Positions 9,601-16,860 of a stretch of 21,620 nucleotides of DNA are shown piece by piece. Origin of the DNA: Candidatus Methylomirabilia bacterium (GTDB lineage: Bacteria; Methylomirabilota; Methylomirabilia; Rokubacteriales; CSP1-6); the NCBI GenBank assembly GCA_041492755.1, contig JBGPXN010000070.1, positions 1 through 21,620 on the forward strand, given 5' to 3'. The notes beneath the pieces were generated by a model. The model did no database searches. It was not told the DNA's origin and worked only from the letters and a program-made list of their open reading frames with translations. A program made the translations under genes and the position numbers. Position 1 is the first letter of the stretch; each line of letters starts with the position of its first letter.

Positions 9601-11408
9601 GGCGGGACGTTTCCTCCCGTGGGTGTGGCCGGGTTCACCGTAATCGTCACATCCGCGCTCGTCGCCAGCGCGCCGTCGCTCGCGGTGAGGCGGAGCACGT
9701 AGGCGCCGGCCTGGGAGAAGCCGGCGGTCGTGGTCGTCGCGGACGTGTCGCCGAACGTGACCGTACCGGGGCCACTCACGACACTCCACGTGGTCGTCAC
9801 GGCACCGGGGGGATTCGGCAACTGGTCGTCGGTGACGGTTCCGGCCAGCGATGCCGACGCGGGCTGGGTGATGGTCTGATTCGCACCGGCGCTCACGACC
9901 GGCGGCTGGTTGACCGCCGCCGCCGGATTCACCCTGACGGTGACGGTGGCGCTCGCGCTCAGCGCGCCGTCGCCGGCGGTGAGGCGGAGCACGTAGGTGC
10001 CGCTGGCCGAGAAGTGCGCCAGCGTCACCGGCGCGTTCGGCGAATCGAACGTCACCGTTCCGGGCACGCTCACCGTGCTCCAGCCGATGGTCAGTACGCC
10101 CGTCGGCAGCCCGTCATCCGCCACCGAGCCGTTGAGGCTGACCGTGTCCGTCGGCAGCGTGATGGTCTTGTCGGTCCCGGCGCTCACGATCGGCGCCTGG
10201 TTGGCCGGCTGCCCGGCGATAGCGACCGTATCGGGCGTGCTGTCCTCGATCCCGTCGTTCACGATGAGCTGAACGACGTACGCGCCGAGTGTGTCGGCCA
10301 CGAATGTCGGCGCGGGAGCGGTGGGATCCGAGAGGCTCGCGGTGCTGCCGGCCGGCCGGGTCGTGAACGACCAGCGGAAGGTCAGATGATCGCCGTTCGC
10401 GTCTGACGAGTCGGTGCCATCGAGCTGGACCGTGGAGCTGATCGTCACCGTCTGGTCCGCGCCCGCATCCGCGTGCGGCGCGGAGTTGCCGGTGTCGATC
10501 TGCACCGTGTCGAGCTTGCTGTTGGCGCGTCCGTCGTCGACGACGAGCGCGACGACGTACCGGCCGGCCAGCTCGGCGATGAAGGCCGGACGCTCGGCGG
10601 TCGCGTCGGTGAGCGTCGCCTGACTGCCGGCCGGCCGTGACTGGAAGCTCCAGTGGAACTTCAGCGGATCGCCATCGACGTCGGAGGAGGCGCTGCCGTC
10701 GAGCTGGACGGTCGCGCCGACGGCCACCGTCTGATCGGGCCCGGCGCCCGCCACGGGCGGCGAGTTGTGGGTGTCGATGCGGACGAAGTCGGGGACGCTG
10801 TTGCTCTCGCCGTCGTTGACCACGAGCTGCAGGACGTAGGTGCCGCGATGGTCGACCACGAACGTCGGTCGGAGCGCGGTGGGGTCCGAGAGCCGCACCG
10901 CGCTGCCGGCCGGATGAAACACGAAGGACCAGCGGTACGTCAGTGAGTCTCCGTCGCGATCGGTCGACCGGCGGCCATCGAGCTGGACGGTGCTGGTGAC
11001 GAGGACGGTCTGGTCGTGCCCGGCGTCGGCCACGGGGCGATGGTTGAGCACGCGGAACGGGGCAGTGGCGAAGCGACCAGCGGCGCTCGTCACGGCGACG
11101 TGGGTCGGCCCCTTCGGCACGTCGGGGACCCGGAACGTGACCGCGCCCGCATTGCCGAATCCGTCGAAGACGGCGAGGACCTGCGCGGGGATCCCGTGCA
11201 CGGTGACGCGGACGTTCCGTCCGCCAAAGCCGGCACCGGTGAGGGTGACCGCCTCTCCGACGAACGCCGCCGGCGGCGCGACGAATCTGATGATGGGGCC
11301 CTGATCGGCGAGCGGTGCCCGCGGCCCCGGGACGACCAGGGCCATCGCGACGATCAATGCCATGAGCGCTACGCGCGTCAAGGGGAGACCCTTCAGTGAC
11401 GGTCTCAT
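3648..11408 (-). CDS. Secreted teneurin-like protein: signal peptide, IPT/TIG, 5 PKD-like Ig repeats, carboxypeptidase-regulatory-like domain, NHL propeller, YD shell, RHS core, 165-aa C-terminal tail
   Basis: 2586 aa from ATG 11408. Hydrophobic leader, five N..P...AG..QT-type repeats, six GDGGPA-type NHL blades, many YD repeats, and RHS core [35 protein letters not shown]...[18 protein letters not shown]. Confidence 0.92.
   Translation of the reverse strand: [2586 protein letters not shown]
8505..8598 (-). repeat. Pro/Gly low-complexity coding repeat ([31 protein letters not shown])
   Basis: Imperfect 6-bp (CCCGGC-type) tandem run inside the teneurin-like gene. Confidence 0.85.
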
Positions 11409-11893
11409 TGGCTCACCCGTGGACCGCGGTTCTCTACGTCGCGCCGCGCGTCTCGGCGCAGACAAACGAAACTGTCAAGAAGGCCGACAGGGTGCGGTGA
11501 CCGGGCGGCGGTGGTGTCGGGAGGCAGGACCACGACGAGCGTGGCCATCAAGGCCGTGACGGCCGCCTCGACCTGGACGACGTAGGTGACTTCCGACTCG
11601 GCCGTGTCGTTGGACATGAAGACGTCGCCGGCCGCGAAGACGGGACCGAACAGGCTGAGGAGGATGACGAGGCACACCAGGGGCGCCGCGACGAGCTGCC
11701 GCGCCTGATCGGCCTTTGGGCGCTCCCCGTGGTTCAACCGGTGGCCGTCGCGACCGCCGACTTCGTCTGGTGGCGCTGACGTCGCCACCCGAAGGAGTCG
11801 GTTGGCGGTCCAGAGGCCCAGATCGGCGGTGAAGGCTTCGCTCGGGATCTGCAGCCGTGGCGAGGCGGCGAATCCGGATGTCGGTGATGTCAT
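11405..11893 (-). CDS. Hypothetical protein or remnant with a signal-peptide-like segment
   Basis: 162-aa ORF containing LVCLVILLSLFGPVFAAG. Its stop overlaps the teneurin-like ATG (ATGA). No family is recognised and the start is uncertain. Confidence 0.35.
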   Translation of the reverse strand: MTSPTSGFAASPRLQIPSEAFTADLGLWTANRLLRVATSAPPDEVGGRDGHRLNHGERPKADQARQLVAAPLVCLVILLSLFGPVFAAGDVFMSNDTAESEVTYVVQVEAAVTALMATLVVVLPPDTTAARSPHPVGLLDSFVCLRRDARRDVENRGPRVSQ

Positions 11894-11954
11894 GCGGGCA
11901 GGCTAGGCCCGCCCGGTCACCGATCGTATTCGGATTGGAGAAAGCGACTGCGGG

Positions 11955-14900
11955 TCAGGCGGGGCGGAGGGCCCTGAAGAGCCGCTCGGTCTCCGGCGAG
12001 GGGGTGGAGCCGAGCCGGGCGGCCAGGGCGGCCTGGCAGCGCCCGTAGACGTCAAGCACGGCCGCCCGACGCCCGAGCTTGTGGTAAACGGTCATGAGGC
12101 TTCGGGCGATGTCCTCGGCACACGGATCCACGCGGAGGCACTCTTCGTACCAGTCGGCGGCCTTCGGCCCGTCGGTCGACTCCCACTGCCGCGCCACGGC
12201 GGCGACGTGGCGGACCAGCCGACGGCGCAGGCTGAGGGCGAGGGCCGCCGCCTGGGGCAACGCCGACTCTTCTCCCTCCAGGAAGGGGCCGCGGTAGAGA
12301 TCGACCGCTACTCGAAGGTCACGCTCGTGACCGGCGTCCGTGTCCTTGTGAGCCAGCACGTGCTCGACCGCCCAGATATCCACCCAGCAGGACCGGGCGT
12401 CGAGGCTCAGGTGTCCATCCTGCCGGAGGATGGCGCCCTCGTGACCGAGCAGCCCGCGCAGCCTGTGCAGCGCGCTGGTGAGCGCGCGATGCGCGGCGTC
12501 GCCCGCGGCGTCGGGCCAGAACGCGTCCATCACCAGGTCCTCGCGGACTCCGCGGCCGCCGAAGGCGATCAGGGCCTTGAGCAGGGCCAGTGGTCTGCGC
12601 TGCACCTTGCGGGCGAACCGGACGGGCTCGCCGTGGCGGAGCACCTCGAAGCGTCCGAGCGTGAAGACCCTGACCGGCCACGGCCAGCCCTCGACACCCG
12701 CCGGAGGATCGTCCGGCACGAGCCGGCGCGTCTGCACGAGCAGACCCACGTAGTCCGGCTCGATGCCGGCGTCGAGGGCGTGGGCGCAGAGCCGGGCCAT
12801 CACGGCCGGAATCCACACGTGCGAGGTCACGTATCCATGCTGGCGGCCGAGAGCCATGGCCGTGCGGAGGGCGTGCACGGCGTCGGCCTCCCGGCCTGCA
12901 TCGAAGGAAAGGTGTGCTTCGGTCAGCCGGGCCATGAACTCGAGGTAGGCGCTGCGGGCGGTGCTCGCGATCGTGAGCGCGTGCTCGACGTGCGCGAACG
13001 CGTCGGGCGTCTCACCACGCGCGTGAAGCGCCTGCGCCGACATGAGGTGGGCGACCGCCTCGTCCGCGGGTCGCCCGGCCGCCTGGGCCAGCCGCAGCAT
13101 CTCGGGCTGGTAGCTCGCGGCGCGCGCTCCGTCGTTGCGGACGAGCGCCTCCCACACGATGAACCAGTAGTGCCAGTAGCGAAACCCCGGCCCCAGGAGG
13201 TGCACATCCCGCTCGAGCTCGCGGAGCCACGACCCGGCCGTCGCCAGGTCGCCATCGCTGAGCGCGGCCATGAGCCCGCCGCCGAGCGCGACGTGCCGGG
13301 CGGTGTAGAACATCCCCGTCGTCTGGGCCAGCTCGAGCATCTCGGCCACGGTGCGCCGGTACGAGGGCAGCGCCTTCGCCGCCTCGTACCACACGACGGT
13401 CATGCTCGCATTCACCGCGACCACGGGCGAGCTCTCCCGCGCATGCATGAGCGCCCGCATCTCGTTCGCCGCGGCCTCGACCCCCGAGAAATCTCCGAAG
13501 ACCCATTGATACTGGGCCCAGAAAAAGACGGTCGTCGTCCGCAGGGCCGGGTCCGGATGGTGGCGCGCCAGCTCGATCGCGCGCCTGGCCCAGCTCGCCG
13601 CCTCCGGATGCCCCGGATTTCGACAGACCAGCGCGACCAGCATTGCGGCGGCCACGCGCGTCTCGATGCCCTTCGAGGGGAACGGCGACGCCTCCTTGAT
13701 CTCGTCGAGGATCGCGATCCAGCGGTCCAGGGGGATCGATTCACCTTCGCTGGCATAGGCGTAGATCACGCCCGACCAGGCCAGGAAAATCCCGATCGCG
13801 TCCCCCTGCCGGCGGAACGCGGCGAAGGCCTGCTCGAGCGCCCGCTGACACTCGGTGTGCCGCCAGGCCAGCCAGCCCATGCCGCGCCAGAAGAGCAGCC
13901 ACGGCTGCTCCTCGAAGATCGCCGGGGGTAGGTAGCCGAGCCACTCCTCGATGGTCTGCCCGCGCCCCTGGCCGAGCAGGGTCGAGCCGTGGCGGTGGAT
14001 CAGCTGCGCCAGTCCGGACCAGTCCCCGGCGTCGCGCAGGAGCGCGGCCGCCGCCTCGATCCGACCGGCGGCGTCGAGGAGCGCCGCCGCCGCCCGTCGG
14101 ATCTTCGCTTGGGTGTCGCGGGAGTAGCTGTGCGTGGCGCGAGCCAGGAGGAACTCGCGGAAGAGCGGGTGATACTCATAGGTCGGCGGGTTGCCGGCCT
14201 GCTTGTTGGTGAAGTAGTTCTGCTTGTGGAGGGCCGCCAGCGTCTCGCCCGCGGTCGCCTGGCCGGTCAGCGCTTCCGCCATGGCCGCCGTCACGCTCGG
14301 CAGGAAGGATGTCTGTAGCAGCACGTCCTGCACGGCGGGATCGGCCCTCTTGAAGATCTCGCCCGCGAAGTAGTCGAACAGCACCTCCGGCGATGACCCG
14401 CTCAGGCCGGACAGGCCGCGGACGTCGTTCCGGAGCTGGTCGTGCAGGAGAATCAACCCGGCGCACCAGCCCTCGGTTCGTTCGTAGAGCGCCCGTAGCG
14501 TCGCGGGCGCCCAGCGCCCGGAGGCTCGAGCCCGGGTCAGCGCCCGCGCCTCGGTCGGCGTGAATCGAAGCTCGGACCAGTCGAGCACCGCGATCGCCTC
14601 GTGGGCGAGCGCGCGGGCGAAGGCCGGCGGCGGCTCGCTGCGGCTGATGAAGATCACCCGGGCGCCCTTCGGAATCTCCTCGATCGCCTCCCGCATCACC
14701 TGGTGAAGCTCGGCGCCGGGCGGTACCTCCTGATAGTTGTCGAACACCACCGTGCGGAGCGTGGCGAGTCGGGCGTAGAGCTCGCGGAAGAAGCGGCGGG
14801 CGAAGACCGCCAGGCCCTGGCGGTACTCCGACGTCAGCAGGGGCAGCGGCCGGCGGCGGCGAGGCGCGGCGCGGCCGAGATAGTAGAAGAACGTCGCGAC

Positions 14901-15107
14901 GTCGGCGTCGCCCTCGTCGAGCTGATACCACAGGACCCGCTGCCGGCGGGCGGCGAGGTAGCTGGCCACCGCCGTGGTCTTGCCGGCGCCGGGCGGCGAC
15001 CACACCCAGGTCACCGGGCGCTGGCCGGCGCGATCGAGACGGCGGAAGAGTCGAGGCCTGGCCAGCGTCCGTGCCAGCGTGGGCCGGGTGGTCTTGGCGA
15101 ACGCCAT
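11955..15107 (-). CDS. MalT-like STAND ATPase transcriptional regulator with C-terminal winged-helix and BTAD domain
   Basis: RPRL...SPPGAGKTT Walker A, VVFDNYQE Walker B, TEGWCAGL, YEYHPLFREFL, a helical repeat region, then VFTLGRFEV...FWPD...LHRLRGLLG...WVD...LYRGPFL...GSTPSPET (SARP/BTAD). Confidence 0.9.
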   Translation of the reverse strand: MAFAKTTRPTLARTLARPRLFRRLDRAGQRPVTWVWSPPGAGKTTAVASYLAARRQRVLWYQLDEGDADVATFFYYLGRAAPRRRRPLPLLTSEYRQGLAVFARRFFRELYARLATLRTVVFDNYQEVPPGAELHQVMREAIEEIPKGARVIFISRSEPPPAFARALAHEAIAVLDWSELRFTPTEARALTRARASGRWAPATLRALYERTEGWCAGLILLHDQLRNDVRGLSGLSGSSPEVLFDYFAGEIFKRADPAVQDVLLQTSFLPSVTAAMAEALTGQATAGETLAALHKQNYFTNKQAGNPPTYEYHPLFREFLLARATHSYSRDTQAKIRRAAAALLDAAGRIEAAAALLRDAGDWSGLAQLIHRHGSTLLGQGRGQTIEEWLGYLPPAIFEEQPWLLFWRGMGWLAWRHTECQRALEQAFAAFRRQGDAIGIFLAWSGVIYAYASEGESIPLDRWIAILDEIKEASPFPSKGIETRVAAAMLVALVCRNPGHPEAASWARRAIELARHHPDPALRTTTVFFWAQYQWVFGDFSGVEAAANEMRALMHARESSPVVAVNASMTVVWYEAAKALPSYRRTVAEMLELAQTTGMFYTARHVALGGGLMAALSDGDLATAGSWLRELERDVHLLGPGFRYWHYWFIVWEALVRNDGARAASYQPEMLRLAQAAGRPADEAVAHLMSAQALHARGETPDAFAHVEHALTIASTARSAYLEFMARLTEAHLSFDAGREADAVHALRTAMALGRQHGYVTSHVWIPAVMARLCAHALDAGIEPDYVGLLVQTRRLVPDDPPAGVEGWPWPVRVFTLGRFEVLRHGEPVRFARKVQRRPLALLKALIAFGGRGVREDLVMDAFWPDAAGDAAHRALTSALHRLRGLLGHEGAILRQDGHLSLDARSCWVDIWAVEHVLAHKDTDAGHERDLRVAVDLYRGPFLEGEESALPQAAALALSLRRRLVRHVAAVARQWESTDGPKAADWYEECLRVDPCAEDIARSLMTVYHKLGRRAAVLDVYGRCQAALAARLGSTPSPETERLFRALRPA

Positions 15108-15160
15108 CAACGAGGGATGATCTCACAACGCTGAATCGAGAACCTCGCCCACCCGGGCAA

Positions 15161-15274
15161 TCAGGGGTACGACACCACGATCGCCTCGACGTCCGAGCAG
15201 CAGGCGTCGGTACCGACGATCCGCGCAAGAAGATCCGTCTCGGTCACGATGCCGACGATCCGCTCGTGGTCCAG
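15161..15274 (-). pseudogene. CBS-domain protein, C-terminal fragment
   Basis: LDHERIVGIVTETDLL is the CBS motif; the 5' end is cut at element copy 2. Confidence 0.78.
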
Positions 15275-15387
15275 AGCATAGGCGACATAAAGCCCCTTCC
15301 CGGACACAGGCGTCCCGACGCCGCCCCGGCCCCTCCCCCCTCCGCTTGTCGTACCCCTCCGGTTCACCACGCTGGCCTGCTATACAG
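15275..15387 (+). mobile_element. 113-bp junction element, copy 2
   Basis: 109/113 identical to copy 3. It reads CAG|AGCATAGG...CTATA|CAG and joins a CBS fragment to an ABC substrate-binding fragment. Confidence 0.8.
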
Positions 15388-15789
15388 CTTCGCCCGCTCG
15401 ACTTGCACAGCGCCGCCGATTTCCCGAGAGTGTTCGACGAAGCAACGCGGGCGCACGTGGACGGCGTCGTCGTCATGCCGGGCGCGCTGTTCGTGTCGAA
15501 TCTGAAGCAGATCGCGGATCTCGCCGCGCGGCACCGCCTGCCCTCGATCTTCCACCTGACCGATTTCGTCGAGGCCGGCGGGCTCGCGGCCTATGGGCCG
15601 GATCGCTCCGATCTCTTTCGGCGCGCCGCGACCTACGTGGACAAGATCCTCAAAGGCGCCAAGCCCGGCGATCTTCCCGTCGAGCGGGCCAGCACGTACG
15701 AGCTCTCCATCAACCTCAAGACCGCGAAGGCGCTGGGGCTGACGATTCCGCAATCGATCCTGCTGCAGGTGGATCGGATACTCGAATGA
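15385..15789 (+). pseudogene. ABC transporter substrate-binding protein (ABC_sub_bind type), C-terminal fragment
   Basis: ...FVEAGGLAAYGPD...RRAATYVDKILKGAKPGDLPVE...INLKTAKALGLTIPQSILL is the family signature. More than half of the N-terminal protein is missing. Confidence 0.9.
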
Positions 15790-15804
15790 CGTGTCACCAG
15801 CGCT

Positions 15805-15948
15805 TCAGTCGATGACCTCGGCCCGCAGCAGCAGTGACTGGGGAAGGGTCACGCCGAGCGCTTTCGCCGTTCTGGAGTTGATGACCAGCTCGAAGTTCTT
15901 CGCGGCGAAGGCCACGATCCAGTCAATGAGAGCGCGCCGTGAGATCAC
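15805..15948 (-). pseudogene. ABC_sub_bind gene collapsed by a large internal deletion (47 aa)
   Basis: Hand translation MISRRALIDWIVAFAAKNFELVINSRTAKALGVTLPQSLLLRAEVID*: a family-type start (SRR..I) fused in frame to the family C-terminus. GAGGTG RBS upstream. Confidence 0.8.
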
Positions 15949-16038
15949 TGGATCACCTCGCCAGCGCTGATTTTACCGTAGCGACCGGGAGGGAATTGCG
16001 CACCGGGCCGGCGAGTGCCACAGTAGCCCCCGCCGCGC

Positions 16039-16052
16039 CGATCACGTGATCG
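16039..16052. promoter_or_regulatory. 14-bp perfect palindrome, candidate operator
   Basis: CGATCACGTGATCG in the divergent intergenic region, 27 bp upstream of the NIPSNAP ATG. Confidence 0.4.
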
Positions 16053-16079
16053 AACAATTGAGAACAAGGAGGCTTCATC

Positions 16080-16517
16080 ATGAAACCGAGCGGGGTCGTG
16101 CTGGGCGTCGTGGCGGTGATCGCGGTGGGGCTCGGGGCGTTCTCGGCGGGGCTTTCAGTGGGACAGGAGAAGAGGATGAATACCAGGGTCTACGAGCTGC
16201 GGACCTACACGACGCTGCCGGGGCGACTGCCGGCACTGCACAAGCGGTTCGCCGAGCACACGATGAAGCTGTTCGAGAAGCACGGCATGAAGAACGAGAT
16301 GTACTGGATCCCGACCGACGAGACGCGCAAGGACAACACGCTGATCTACGTCGTGTCGCACGAGAGCCAGGACGCCGCGGACAAGAGCTGGAAGGCGTTC
16401 CAGGCCGACCCCGACTGGATCAAGGTCCGCGACGCCAGCGAGGCCGACGGCAAGATCCTCGCCAAGGCCCCGGAACGCGTGTTCATGCGGCTGACCGACT
16501 ATTCGCCGGGCAAGTAA
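16080..16517 (+). CDS. NIPSNAP family protein with an N-terminal signal or TM segment
   Basis: VYELRTYTTLPGRLPALHKRF...LFEKHGM...W..FQADPDW...TDYSP. RBS AAGGAGG at 16066-16072. Confidence 0.9.
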   Translation: MKPSGVVLGVVAVIAVGLGAFSAGLSVGQEKRMNTRVYELRTYTTLPGRLPALHKRFAEHTMKLFEKHGMKNEMYWIPTDETRKDNTLIYVVSHESQDAADKSWKAFQADPDWIKVRDASEADGKILAKAPERVFMRLTDYSPGK

Positions 16518-16699
16518 GCATCTGCCGCCAGCGGCAGGGTAAACGCGAACGTCGAGCCGGTGCCGAGCTGGCTCTTCACCCAGATCCGGCCGCCGTGCAG
16601 CTCGACAAACCGCCGGCACAGCGCCAGGCCGAGCCCGGTGCCCTCGGCCTTCTTCTCGGTGCGCCCGACCTGGCGGAACTCCTCGAAGACGGCTTTCGG
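16499..16699 (-). pseudogene. Sensor histidine kinase, HATPase_c C-terminal fragment
   Basis: VFEEFRQV...EGTGLGLALCRRFVELHGGRIWVKSQLGTGSTFAFTLP (F and G2 boxes); the 5' end is cut at element copy 3. Confidence 0.9.
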
Positions 16700-16812
16700 A
16701 GCATAGGCGACACAAAGCCCCTTCTCGGACACGGGCGTCCCGACGCCGCCCCGGCCCCTCCACCCTCCGCTTGTCGTACCCCTCCGGTTCACCACGCTGG
16801 CCTGCTATACAG
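16700..16812 (+). mobile_element. 113-bp junction element, copy 3 (closest to consensus)
   Basis: AGCATAGGCGACACAAAGCCCCTTCTCGGACACGGGCGTCCCGACGCCGCCCCGGCCCCTCCACCCTCCGCTTGTCGTACCCCTCCGGTTCACCACGCTGGCCTGCTATACAG, with an internal inverted repeat GGCGTC-CC-GACGCC at 16734-16747. Confidence 0.82.
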
Positions 16813-16832
16813 CCTTCATGCTCGATCCTCCC
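16810..16832 (-). pseudogene. Orphan gene start (RBS + MKA(V)) cut off by the element
   Basis: GGGAGG-7 nt-ATG AAG GCT G just downstream of the cyclase stop, running into the element, which supplies an immediate TAG. Confidence 0.5.
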
Positions 16833-16860
16833 GTTGGCGCGGCGTGCGCCCGCGTCGCGA

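Noticed and set aside
11473..11478. TTGACA upstream of the teneurin-like gene as a sigma70 -35 box
   Set aside because: No -10-like hexamer at 16-18 bp spacing.
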